From Candidatus Woesearchaeota archaeon (GTDB lineage Archaea; Nanobdellota; Nanobdellia; Woesearchaeales; DSVV01): DNA of 60,272 nucleotides. Each line of letters starts with the position of its first letter. Position 1 is the stretch's first letter. The stretch is from assembly GCA_018303325.1 (NCBI GenBank), contig JAGVYH010000004.1, positions 1 to 60,272 on the forward strand, given 5' to 3'. Of the stretch, positions 38,285 through 48,222 are shown one piece after another. Both the position numbers and the translations under genes were made by a program. The notes under the pieces were generated by a model. The model saw nothing but the letters and a program-made list of their open reading frames with translations, made no database searches and had not been told where the DNA came from.

Positions 38285-39490
38285 ATGACAACTATGCAAA
38301 GAACAAATACAAGATTAATAAAACTGCCGTCATTATTAATTCCAGCTGTAAACTATACTGGAGACAGCGATAGTGCAGAAGAGCTGAATGTAAAAGCGTA
38401 TGATTATGTGAGAAGAACTGCTGTTCCTACATTAGAAGATTATGTAATAACCACATTTGGAGATGCTCTTAAGGAGAAGACATTTAATGAAGCTGTGCAG
38501 AAATATGGTGTTGATGCAAAGGGTATATTATTAAGCAGGCATGTAACTGAAGAAATTATTGGAGCAAGAAAATATGTTGTGGATGTTTTCTCGACTACAA
38601 GGATACAATATGAAACTGTCTTTTCATTTATTCAAGAATTCTTGGAAAAAATAAATGTTGATAATTTAGAAACAATAAGAAAAGACTGCATTAAAAAGGT
38701 TGATGACGAGCCGCATATTTTTATTGAATATCTTTTGGAAGAAATAGCTAGACAGTGCAATAATAATTCAACAACATTTAATAAAAAGGATTTAGAAGTG
38801 CAGGAAAAAGGATTAAATAAAGAAGGCTTAGAAGTATATAAAAAAGCAGCATTGGATGATAATATCACTGAAATGCTTGTGGCTCTTGACATGACAAAGC
38901 TTGCACAGATTAATGAAAAGAATGCAGACGAATTTCATAAAGCAAGAAGTTTAAAGGCAAAATTAGAGGCATTTAAAAGAGAGTTTGAAGCAGGATTAAT
39001 GAGCAGGTATGGCATTAATCCAAATGGTATTGATGAGCAGGCCGAATTTGATTATGAATTAAGTGATGGCACGGGTGTAAGATACTTATTTTTCAAAAAG
39101 ATATCATTGCCTTATGGTGATGTTTATGGTGGATTGGTAACAAAAAACACAGTTAGAGAAAAAACAAAAAGTGTTACAAAAGATTATGGTGATTTAGATC
39201 TTGTAAAAGACTTTGCATTTAAGAATCCTTACCAAGCTATGAAAGCAGGAGTTGGTATTCAAGTAAGGACAGATATGAATGGAAGCCAAAAAGGAACATT
39301 AGTAATCGGCAGATTCTCAAAAAGCGGCTCTGAAGAAAGAGATTATAAAGTATTTGATAACGAAAGCAAAGTTTATGTAAGTGTTAATGATGTTATAGCA
39401 ACTATTGAAAAACTTAAAAAAGATTATACTTCAGTATCAACAGAGCAAAAGATTGACTTCTTCGCTGCATTGCCGCAGCATTTGAGATAA
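38285..39490 (+). CDS. Hypothetical protein
   Basis: 401-aa ORF with AGGAGTGA SD-like site. Confidence 0.7.
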   Translation: MTTMQRTNTRLIKLPSLLIPAVNYTGDSDSAEELNVKAYDYVRRTAVPTLEDYVITTFGDALKEKTFNEAVQKYGVDAKGILLSRHVTEEIIGARKYVVDVFSTTRIQYETVFSFIQEFLEKINVDNLETIRKDCIKKVDDEPHIFIEYLLEEIARQCNNNSTTFNKKDLEVQEKGLNKEGLEVYKKAALDDNITEMLVALDMTKLAQINEKNADEFHKARSLKAKLEAFKREFEAGLMSRYGINPNGIDEQAEFDYELSDGTGVRYLFFKKISLPYGDVYGGLVTKNTVREKTKSVTKDYGDLDLVKDFAFKNPYQAMKAGVGIQVRTDMNGSQKGTLVIGRFSKSGSEERDYKVFDNESKVYVSVNDVIATIEKLKKDYTSVSTEQKIDFFAALPQHLR

Positions 39491-39654
39491 TAATGCCTTC
39501 TTTCTTGCTTTTTGTATTTGTTTTTATTTAGTTCTTGGCATGTCCAACAAAGTTCATGAAGAAAGTTAATAATTTATTATAATTCTGTGCTGTTAATAGC
39601 TTACGATAAAATAATTAGATAATAATTGATAATAACTTAGATAATAATTAAAAT

Positions 39655-39687
39655 TCATGAGACGGTGGACTTCGTCCTAGGAACTAA
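39655..39687 (+). repeat. Short repeat family 3, copy 3
   Basis: TCATGAGACGGTGGACTTCGTCCTAGGAACTAA. Confidence 0.55.
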
Positions 39688-39707
39688 AAAACTACGAAAA
39701 CTATAAC

Positions 39708-40325
39708 TCAAACAATTTTATCAGTCAATTCTTCCAATACTTTTGCGTTAAGCCTTTGATTAAATATTCTTTCGAATTTATCATTTAGCCAGTGCAGATG
39801 TTCTCTTGCAGCTTTTTCAAATTGAGATTTCTGATGTGTTTCACTTTCTTGTCCAACAAGCGCATTGTAAACTGCTTCAATACAAAAGTTATAAGCAACG
39901 CCGCAGATAGAATTGCTTTCTTGTTGCATACCTTCTACTTCTCGTTTTGTATTTTGTCTTGTACCTTGTTTCGCATCAAATTGTAGTCCTTCTGTTGCTT
40001 TTTGTTCAGTATTTTGTTTTGTATATTGTTTTGCTTCAAGCAATAATTCTTTTGTTACAATTGCTTGTTTCCATATTCCGCCTCTAGACCATGGTATATA
40101 CACCATTGATGGAAGATATTCTCTTATCTTTTCAAAAACAGTGTATTGAGAACCAACATAACCTTTTCCTTCTAGATAATAAACCATATCCTGTTGCAGG
40201 ATAGATACTTCTATTCTTTGCGCAATTTTTTCAAGTAATTCTTTAGATGCAGTTATTTCTTCTGGAGTATGTACTCTTTTTTCAAGAAGCAATGATTCGA
40301 GATGAATGACGATGAGAGAGTTCAT
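39708..40325 (-). CDS. Possible divergent isochorismatase/cysteine-hydrolase-fold protein
   Basis: SLIVIH at the N-terminus and ICGVAYNFCI resemble family motifs; low-complexity insertion. Confidence 0.45.
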   Translation of the reverse strand: MNSLIVIHLESLLLEKRVHTPEEITASKELLEKIAQRIEVSILQQDMVYYLEGKGYVGSQYTVFEKIREYLPSMVYIPWSRGGIWKQAIVTKELLLEAKQYTKQNTEQKATEGLQFDAKQGTRQNTKREVEGMQQESNSICGVAYNFCIEAVYNALVGQESETHQKSQFEKAAREHLHWLNDKFERIFNQRLNAKVLEELTDKIV

Positions 40326-40359
40326 TTTGAGAATTTCCTACTCAATTTATTTTTTGTGT

Positions 40360-41079
40360 TTACTTCGCAGACTCCCATAGAATATTGAAATAATTTTTAT
40401 ATGATTCAGATAATAGCTTGTTTTTTATTTGGATTGTCATCACTGGAGAAATCCATGCTACAATTACCACTTCATCGCCGCAAATAACAGTTGAAACCTT
40501 TGAATCAAATCTCTGGGGCAATGATTTTGCTTTTGTATAAGACATTTTATTAAGAAAGTCTATTCTTTCTGTAGCATCATGATTATAAATATGCCACATA
40601 GGTATCTTCATAGGAATCCTTTTTTTGTGAAAATGAGGTATAAGAGTTTTCATTAAAATCGGCGCTTCTTTTGGTATGCCGTAAACAAGAATTGGCTCTT
40701 TGTAATTTAAAAGGCTGTATAAAAGATCCACGAATGCTTTTAATCCTTGAAATATATGCGATTCGCTTTTATTTTCTGACATTTGCAATTTTAATAAAAG
40801 CTCAGGAAGAACAGTTGTTAATTTATCTTCTTTTTCCTGAAGCAGCCTGAAAAGATTTTGCGGTGGTGTTGCCTGAAAATATTTTACATCAGAAATCATA
40901 GTGTATGAAACAACGCCTCTTTCGAGCATTCTTTCTAGTGCATCATATACATTTGTTCTGTGAACCTTGGATTTTTCAGCTACTTGACCTGCTGTTGCTG
41001 AGCCTAATTCAAGCAATGCCAGGTATGCCTTTGCTTCATTTTTGCTAAAACCAAGATCTTCTAATACTTCTTCATGCAT
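40360..41079 (-). CDS. TrmB-family transcriptional regulator
   Basis: LGFSKNEAKAYLALLELGSATAGQVAEKSKVHRTNVYDALERM. Confidence 0.88.
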   Translation of the reverse strand: MHEEVLEDLGFSKNEAKAYLALLELGSATAGQVAEKSKVHRTNVYDALERMLERGVVSYTMISDVKYFQATPPQNLFRLLQEKEDKLTTVLPELLLKLQMSENKSESHIFQGLKAFVDLLYSLLNYKEPILVYGIPKEAPILMKTLIPHFHKKRIPMKIPMWHIYNHDATERIDFLNKMSYTKAKSLPQRFDSKVSTVICGDEVVIVAWISPVMTIQIKNKLLSESYKNYFNILWESAK

Positions 41080-41254
41080 TAAGCATCCCCACAATACTGA
41101 CTACCCAATATCCAATTTATATCTATAAATAGATAGTATGATTGTTTGATTTATAAATTTTATCTGTATAGTAGTGAAAATGTATGTTTTTCCTTTGAAA
41201 AACAAACTAACTGTTTAATAAGATTTTAATATAGAATCCTCTTTCTATATTACA

Positions 41255-42064
41255 ATGGCAGAATTTAAGACTAAACAAGGCATGAAGATATCTGTTTCAT
41301 TTAAGCAGGGAAACCACACAAAAAAACCCTTTGTGTTTATTCATGGCAATGCGCAGAATGACACTTCTGGCAAAGTTTTGATGGATGCTTTTTATAAAAA
41401 AGGCCATACTGTTCTTTCATACGATCTTCCAGGGCATGGTGACTCTGAATCTTACTCAGATACTTATCCAGATGACAAAGTTACAATGGATACATTTGCT
41501 GAAACATTAAATGAAATCCTTTCACATTTTAAGATTGACAAGCCAATAATTGCAGGCCATTCTATGGGTGGCATGATTTTACTTGAGTTTGGGGTGAGAT
41601 ACCCTGAAAAAGTTGGTGCGCTTATACTAATAGATACTTCTGACATAAGTCCTGTAGATGCAAACAAGCAAATTCCATTGAAGGATATTATTAATAATAT
41701 AATTGAAAATTGTGGCAAGGCATTTGAAAAAAGATTCAAGTATGATTATTATACCAGCACCGAGATAAATGAAGAAAATATTTTAGGAGTTGGTTTTAAA
41801 TCTACTGATCCTGTTTCATTACAACTTAATTTTAAGGCAACATTTAATTATGATGTCACTAAAAAACTCTCACTTCTGAATATGCCTATTCTTATATTGA
41901 GAGGCAAGGATGACCCGCTTATGACAAAAGAAATGACAGAAAATATGCATAAGAGAATTCCTCATTCAAAATTTGTGGAAGTTGAAGGCGGTCATAATTG
42001 GTTTTTATTTAATAAGAAGCTGGCAAAGGAGATATTAGAGAAGAATTATGGATTGTTTGAATGA
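41255..42064 (+). CDS. Alpha/beta hydrolase
   Basis: FIHG, YDLPGHGDS, GHSMGG nucleophile elbow, GKDD and GGH. Confidence 0.9.
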   Translation: MAEFKTKQGMKISVSFKQGNHTKKPFVFIHGNAQNDTSGKVLMDAFYKKGHTVLSYDLPGHGDSESYSDTYPDDKVTMDTFAETLNEILSHFKIDKPIIAGHSMGGMILLEFGVRYPEKVGALILIDTSDISPVDANKQIPLKDIINNIIENCGKAFEKRFKYDYYTSTEINEENILGVGFKSTDPVSLQLNFKATFNYDVTKKLSLLNMPILILRGKDDPLMTKEMTENMHKRIPHSKFVEVEGGHNWFLFNKKLAKEILEKNYGLFE

Positions 42065-42070
42065 AGAAGC

Positions 42071-42118
42071 ATAGTAACGAGCTTGTATATTTTTGTGTAA
42101 GTTGTGCCACTTACTATA
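42071..42118. repeat. Degenerate family-2 unit
   Basis: ATAGTAA...CACTTACTATA matches the stem at 20652-20697. Confidence 0.45.
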
Positions 42119-42120
42119 TT

Positions 42121-43407
42121 TTATCTTGGTTTCTTCGCAGTTATATTATAAAACGGCTCTGTTCTATGATGGGTTACATGAATATCCACAAAGCCAACTT
42201 TTTGAAGTGTGTTTAGAATAATAGATTCACCCATGTAAAATTCAACAATTCCTTTTAATGCATTGCCCCTTTCAAATTCAATCCCTTTGCTAATTTGACC
42301 AACAAGCTCATCGTCAATACCAGAATAACCATTTGCTCTCCTTTGAATCTCATCATAAAATCTGTTCACAGGGATTATATGTCTTTCAATGTCATCAGGC
42401 ATTTGTGTGTCTATAAGAGGAATTATGATACCGCCTGCGCATTCAAAGACAGTAATTTGTTTGTAGCCTTTATTTCTCAAAGCGCTTTTTATTTCTGAGG
42501 GTTTAGTAATTGTTCCAATTAATCTATTAACTGTATTATCTTTTCTTTGATTTAATGAAATAATAACATTTCCCATCTCATTAACATTTACAGGGAGATA
42601 ATTAGTTAAAGACGCGCTTTCAGCTTTACTTGTTACTGGAAGAGCATCATAATATTTCCCCACTTCAAAAAATGAAGTTAAAACATAATCTGGTTTAGGT
42701 TCTCTCTCGTCGCGTATTAATACTGAAGAATTTAATATTGACGCTAAATCTTGGCCAATTTTTATTAATTTGTCCTCGCTGTAATTCATATTTACATTGC
42801 CTTCTCCTAAATGCAATAATCCACATGGCTGCAAAACTCTGAATATTTCACAATAAACTCTCTCAAGCTCAAGTTTTGTGACAGAAGCATGATGTATTGA
42901 AAGATTTGCATCTACAGCAGCAACAGAATTATCAGCAATGCGTAAATTATCTTTGAGATTGTTTAATATGAAAGAAATAGTTGCGCTTTCTAAACTATTT
43001 GGATTTAAATCTTCTTGTAATACAAACTTTCCTAAATGAAAAGAATCATCACTAAAAAAACCAAAGTGTGTTAGTGTATCTAATGCTCTAATTAAGCCTG
43101 ATTTAGCGAATTCAGCTACATAATCCAAAAGAATTATTTTTCCATTACCAACCATTTTTTTTATTCTTGCTCTGTTTGAAGAACCAAATTTACCATTATC
43201 AGTGTATTGGCATGAATAAGGAAGAACCTGTCCGCTTGGACCTAAAATCAACAGAGTGGTATTTTGACTATGACTATTTTGACAAGATGTTAAAAATGAT
43301 TCCAGCGAATCAAGCAAGAAAGAGTGCTGGTCACCCAAAACTTTAGGAAGACATCTGGAATATGCATCACTAAAGACTGTTGCAATATCTCTGTTTTGTT
43401 CTGTCAT
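42121..43407 (-). CDS. Class I SAM-dependent methyltransferase-like protein
   Basis: LRIADNSVAAVDANLSIHH...EIFRVLQPCGLLHLGE and LQKVGFVDI. Confidence 0.6.
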   Translation of the reverse strand: MTEQNRDIATVFSDAYSRCLPKVLGDQHSFLLDSLESFLTSCQNSHSQNTTLLILGPSGQVLPYSCQYTDNGKFGSSNRARIKKMVGNGKIILLDYVAEFAKSGLIRALDTLTHFGFFSDDSFHLGKFVLQEDLNPNSLESATISFILNNLKDNLRIADNSVAAVDANLSIHHASVTKLELERVYCEIFRVLQPCGLLHLGEGNVNMNYSEDKLIKIGQDLASILNSSVLIRDEREPKPDYVLTSFFEVGKYYDALPVTSKAESASLTNYLPVNVNEMGNVIISLNQRKDNTVNRLIGTITKPSEIKSALRNKGYKQITVFECAGGIIIPLIDTQMPDDIERHIIPVNRFYDEIQRRANGYSGIDDELVGQISKGIEFERGNALKGIVEFYMGESIILNTLQKVGFVDIHVTHHRTEPFYNITAKKPR

Positions 43408-43537
43408 GTAAAAAGGTAACTATTATTTATATTTAAATTCTTTGGTTTACAACTACTCCTGAGTGAGAATAACGTTTTTTCCGAATATTATGAGCATTTT
43501 TTGAAATAACCGCAAATTCTCCGGCGTTGTCCCCTTA

Positions 43538-43557
43538 ACTACAACACAAGTTTATAT
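43538..43557 (+). promoter_or_regulatory. ACTACAAC-N5-TTTATAT promoter motif, copy 3
   Basis: ACTACAAC ACAAG TTTATAT. Confidence 0.7.
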
Positions 43558-43710
43558 TATTATCCGACAATATTAGTTATAGAAAAAAAAGATGGGGACC
43601 ATAGCGTAAATGAAAAGTACAGAAAAAATGAACCAAACGAACCAAACAAATGTTGGTAATTCATTTTAATAAACAAGTAGAGTTAAATTTTCATAAAACA
43701 TGGGGTTAAA

Positions 43711-44661
43711 ATGGTTGTTGTTGAAGATGTTAGTGGAATCAGAGCAGGAGTTAGGGCAATAGATGAAGACAATGTATTTAGCAGAAGAGATGCTTATAGA
43801 AGAGATGTTTCTGTAAGGAATCTTCCTGTAACTGTCAATGATGTTTCTGGAACAGTTCCCAATACTGATATTAATTATGATATTTTAGATAGAAGAATAA
43901 CTCAGTTTGAGAGCTCTGCTTCTGAAATTAGTGATTTGCTCCAAGGTTTAGGGGCATTTCCAAGAAGATGCAGGGAAGCTGGTGATTATTTTGATTTACA
44001 GACTTTTTATGACAGCGAGGTTAGTGGTCAAGGTATATCTTTTGGAGGATTATCTATTTTACAGTTAGGAATCTATCTGCCTTTTGGGCAAATTGTTGAA
44101 AATGCAGCGATAGATTTAACAAGAAAACTAAACGAGCGAAAGATTAAACAAAGAGCACAGAAAATTTCAGATTATATTGATGCTTCTTTCTCAAAAGCAA
44201 AGGAGTTATTATTTGGAAAAGAAACAATGCATGGAATGGAGAAAGGACTGTATGAAAAACAGGCGGTGATTTTTGACGTAGTGAGAATAGACAAAGCTGC
44301 AATGGAGGAAGTTGGATCAACAGGAATAAATAATATGGTTCAGCCAGATGCGTTAGAAATAATGCCAGAACAAAAACACAAACCCTTGCATGAAGTCTAC
44401 TGTATTGAATGGAATAAAGAAAGGCTGAGAAATGTTTCTTCAGCAATAGAATATTTGGAAAGAGTGTATAGAGCAATTAATGGTTCATTTTTCGAAGTCA
44501 AATTAATTGCAGAAAAAGATTATGCAGCTCAGAGTGATAAAGAGTTTTCAAAAGACACTTTACGATTAGCGTCATTGTTGAGAAGAATGGCAATGGAGAG
44601 TGTAACAACAGAACGAAATGTAACATCAGAACCTCTTCGTCATGCTGTTAATTATCAATGA
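43711..44661 (+). CDS. Hypothetical helical protein
   Basis: 316-aa ORF, first gene of the + strand cluster. Confidence 0.7.
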   Translation: MVVVEDVSGIRAGVRAIDEDNVFSRRDAYRRDVSVRNLPVTVNDVSGTVPNTDINYDILDRRITQFESSASEISDLLQGLGAFPRRCREAGDYFDLQTFYDSEVSGQGISFGGLSILQLGIYLPFGQIVENAAIDLTRKLNERKIKQRAQKISDYIDASFSKAKELLFGKETMHGMEKGLYEKQAVIFDVVRIDKAAMEEVGSTGINNMVQPDALEIMPEQKHKPLHEVYCIEWNKERLRNVSSAIEYLERVYRAINGSFFEVKLIAEKDYAAQSDKEFSKDTLRLASLLRRMAMESVTTERNVTSEPLRHAVNYQ

Positions 44662-44752
44662 ATGACATCGGAAAATAGAATATAAAAAACAAAAAATAGA
44701 GTATAAGTAATTAGAATGTAAAAAATAAAAATAAAACATGGAGGTAATTAAA

Positions 44753-45298
44753 ATGGTATTAGGATGCAGAAATGGAAGTGCTGTAAGTTATCTTATAGCA
44801 ATGGCAGTAGCTGGAGCAGGCGCTGCAGCTATAACTTACGGAGTTATGTCGTCAAAAGGTGTAGAAAAAGAATTGGCGAAAAAGACAGTTGTTGAGATGG
44901 TTAAAACAGGCGATGAAAGCGACATTGCTTACAATGTGTTTAAGGGCGCAGCAGACGCGAATTTCCCCGCACTGATGGGAACAATGGCAAGAAATTATGA
45001 GAAAGACAGAGAAGGAATGGCAATGACTGTTCAGGCATGCACTGGTGTAGTTGGCATGGAAAAGGATTATGCAAAAAGATTGTATGCAGCTTTTCCTGTA
45101 ATGAGCGGCTCAGCTGATCCAAACAACCTTTCGCTTGACCAGAAGATGGTTGAGGGTAAAAGAACAGCGATGATGCATGACGAAGGCGCTAGACTGGACT
45201 ATGTAGTAACACAAACAGATGTAATGGGCAAGAAAGTGCTTGGATTGTATCAGGTGCCTGGAACAGCTATGCAGCCGACTGCACAGGCAGTGAAGTGA
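44753..45298 (+). CDS. Membrane-anchored hypothetical protein
   Basis: GGAGGT SD; RNG|SAVSYLIAMAVAGAGAAAITYG N-terminal hydrophobic helix. Confidence 0.7.
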   Translation: MVLGCRNGSAVSYLIAMAVAGAGAAAITYGVMSSKGVEKELAKKTVVEMVKTGDESDIAYNVFKGAADANFPALMGTMARNYEKDREGMAMTVQACTGVVGMEKDYAKRLYAAFPVMSGSADPNNLSLDQKMVEGKRTAMMHDEGARLDYVVTQTDVMGKKVLGLYQVPGTAMQPTAQAVK

Positions 45299-45546
45299 GT
45301 TTAATTAATATTATTGCTTAATTTTTTATTTTGGGTTTTTTAAAAATAACTTGCTTAAAATAACAAACCCTTTAAAATAAATTCAAAATATAGTCGAGAA
45401 ATCAAACAAATAATGGAAAAATAAAACAAAATAAAAAACAGATTGAAAAATAAATGAGATAAATGAAATAAAAGAATAAAACAAAATAAGTAAAAAATTA
45501 GATAAAAATAAACTAAAAAATTAAAATTAAATGCGGAGGGATTAAA

Positions 45547-46677
45547 ATGGAAGATGCAAGCGGAAGAAATGATGATGATGTGCCAGCTGCAATACCAACT
45601 GGTGAGGATGAGCAAGGAGGGGTTAGGACAGATAATATACATGGAATAGAGGGTAAAGTTAATGATGCGACAGAAAAAACAACAGATGACCTCTTGGCAA
45701 AATCTAAGAAATTTAAGAAAGAGAGAGGCAATAAACCAGGTAGTAACCCACAATATACACCAAGACAAGCTCTTGAAGAACTAGCTATTGCTGATGAGGA
45801 AAGAGCATTAGTTGGAACTTGGTTAGAAGGGAAAGACCTTAAACAATTATCAGTTCTTCAGGAAATAGGTTATTGGGTTTACAAGAGACTGCCTTCATCA
45901 TGGAAAAATGATGGTGTAAAACAATTAGAGGATGCTGACGCAGATTATCAAACCAGACGTGATGCAATAAAATGGGATATTGATTTTATTGAAAAAAGAT
46001 TGCATGATGAGAGTACAACTCGCGGTGGTACACCATCAGGATTATACAAATTAGCAGACCATTATGAAATAATCATGAGAGAAGCAGCTGAATCTTCTAT
46101 CTCTGCATATGATTTAATGGGTGAGATACATGCTAAGATTAGAGAGAATGAAGAAAAATTAAAAACAACACCATTAAAAAATAAAGAATCAAGAAAAGAT
46201 TTAGATGCAGAGATCAAAGCATTAAGAAAAGAAAAAAAAGAATTGAGAGATAATTACATAACTGATAAAAATAATTATACAGTGAACAAAAATTGCTTAG
46301 GTAGTGTACAAAGAGAAATAAGAGAATTAGAAAACAAACAAGAAGAAATGTACACAAAACTTCAGACATTAGATGCAGTATATACTGCACAAGTACAAAT
46401 CGGACCTAGTGTGTCAGGGGATACAATTGCTGCTGCTGCAGTAAAAGAAGTGGAAGCAGACGAATCTCTTGAGCAATATGTTAATCTTGCAGGTAGAGCA
46501 AATCAGGTAGAACTAAAGAAAAGAGTAATCATAAGAGGAATGACTAGCAGCACAACAATGAAACCAGGAGAGGCACCAGAGGTAAGTGACTTGACTAGAC
46601 CTAAAACAGATGACGACATGAAGTACGAACAAAACCTTTTAACAGAGATGAGATCTGTAGCAAATTACGACAAATAG
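45547..46677 (+). CDS. Long coiled-coil protein
   Basis: Heptad-rich central region; GGAGG SD; directly upstream of an AAA ATPase. Confidence 0.75.
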   Translation: MEDASGRNDDDVPAAIPTGEDEQGGVRTDNIHGIEGKVNDATEKTTDDLLAKSKKFKKERGNKPGSNPQYTPRQALEELAIADEERALVGTWLEGKDLKQLSVLQEIGYWVYKRLPSSWKNDGVKQLEDADADYQTRRDAIKWDIDFIEKRLHDESTTRGGTPSGLYKLADHYEIIMREAAESSISAYDLMGEIHAKIRENEEKLKTTPLKNKESRKDLDAEIKALRKEKKELRDNYITDKNNYTVNKNCLGSVQREIRELENKQEEMYTKLQTLDAVYTAQVQIGPSVSGDTIAAAAVKEVEADESLEQYVNLAGRANQVELKKRVIIRGMTSSTTMKPGEAPEVSDLTRPKTDDDMKYEQNLLTEMRSVANYDK

Positions 46678-46711
46678 AAACAGACAAAATGAGCTAACTG
46701 GTGCTTTAACA

Positions 46712-48163
46712 ATGATAACTGAAATTTTAGTGACACCTAATGAGTATTTTAGAGCAGAACACAATACTTCATCAATATTAGGTGAGAGAGGTTATAACCT
46801 TGAAAGAAGATTAAGTAGTTGTGGCTATACAGAGCAAACTACATCATCAAACAAGGTTTATAACGCTCTTCTTTCTTTTTTTACCAGTCAAGAAGCTGTA
46901 TTTCAGAAATATAAAGAAGAATTAGGCGATGTTGAAGCATTATTATTAGGCATATATCTCGGCGCAAAAGTCGGCAAAAAAGTGTTAAGTTATGAAAATG
47001 GAAAAAGCAGTGATGAATTCAAAGATATAAAAATTGATTTCGAAAAAACAAGCACAGATGCTATTAGCGATATAATCAAAGCGTATATTTCTAAAATGTG
47101 TTATAAAACTAAAAGAGAGACAGAAGCATTTACACTGGCTTTCTTTGACTGGAATATTGACTCTTCATTAGAAACTATGGCAAAGACACATAGAGGTATA
47201 TACAACAAAATTAAAAAAAAGACTGCACAAATAAAAGGAGAAACTTATGTTATTGATTTTGAAGAGAATACACGAGTTAATAAAAAAGATAATTATGTGG
47301 AGATAAGTTTTGAAGATCCAGCATTTGATGAAAGAAAGAAAATAAGGAAAGTGAGAGAACATGATTATATAGCTGGCCACGAAGATGTTAAAGAGGAATT
47401 TAGAAATATAATAAAAAAAATCAATGACAGAAAAAGGCTTAATAAAAGATACAATCCTGGAAAAATATTTTTCAATTATCTTCTTAAAGGTCCGCCTGGA
47501 ACAGGTAAGACCACATTAATAGAAGGTCTTTCTGAAGAAGCCGGCCTTTTATTTCATGTGAAAAAAGGCGCTGAGTTAGTAAGTACTTATTTTGGTGGCA
47601 GTGCAATTAATGTTAATAGTGCATATAAAAAGATTTTCAAAGAAGTAAGAGATGGAAATTACGAAGGTGCTGTATTTGTTATTGATGAAGCAGATGGAAT
47701 TACTGGTGAAAGAAGCCAAAAGGGTGCTGACAATAGTCAAATGGACATGATTGTTACTACATTAAATACATGTATGTTAGAATATTTGTTTGTGCCAATT
47801 ATAACTATATTTGCAACTAATAAACCTGAAAAGATAGACAAGGCAATAAGAAGTAGGATGAAAAAATTAACAATGGGATATCCAAAAACACCGGAAGAGG
47901 AAATAGCAATACACAGAAAAATAATGGAAAAGATGGAAGCAAATTGCCAAGAGGGTAGGATATTTGGCGATGTAAATATAAGTGAATTACTAAACTTCTC
48001 GCAATTAGATGTAACACTTAAATCTGGAAGAGAGATAGATAGATTATATCATGAAACAGCAATAGAATTAGATTTAACATCGCCAAGCGAACTTGTTACA
48101 ACAGCTCATTTATTAGCACAGTTTGAAAAACATAAATACAATTCGGATAATGAAGAGGAATAA
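46712..48163 (+). CDS. Classical-clade AAA+ ATPase
   Basis: GPPGTGKT, pore loop STYFGGS, VIDEAD and SRH ATNKPEKIDKAIRSR. Confidence 0.9.
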   Translation: MITEILVTPNEYFRAEHNTSSILGERGYNLERRLSSCGYTEQTTSSNKVYNALLSFFTSQEAVFQKYKEELGDVEALLLGIYLGAKVGKKVLSYENGKSSDEFKDIKIDFEKTSTDAISDIIKAYISKMCYKTKRETEAFTLAFFDWNIDSSLETMAKTHRGIYNKIKKKTAQIKGETYVIDFEENTRVNKKDNYVEISFEDPAFDERKKIRKVREHDYIAGHEDVKEEFRNIIKKINDRKRLNKRYNPGKIFFNYLLKGPPGTGKTTLIEGLSEEAGLLFHVKKGAELVSTYFGGSAINVNSAYKKIFKEVRDGNYEGAVFVIDEADGITGERSQKGADNSQMDMIVTTLNTCMLEYLFVPIITIFATNKPEKIDKAIRSRMKKLTMGYPKTPEEEIAIHRKIMEKMEANCQEGRIFGDVNISELLNFSQLDVTLKSGREIDRLYHETAIELDLTSPSELVTTAHLLAQFEKHKYNSDNEEE

Positions 48164-48222
48164 TTAAGTGATTATAACATAATTAGTTCATTATTACAAA
48201 TTAAATGAAAAATTATTAGTTA

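Noticed and set aside
10819-41176. CACTACT as a shared TrmB box upstream of TATA boxes (10820, 18736, 41170)
   Set aside because: Spacing to the TATA box is inconsistent (about 9, 18 and 12 nt), and a 7-mer alone is too weak
45355-45768. Minus-strand hydrophobic ORFs and other short antisense ORFs in the track
   Set aside because: They are shadows of A-rich intergenic DNA or of longer, motif-bearing genes on the opposite strand
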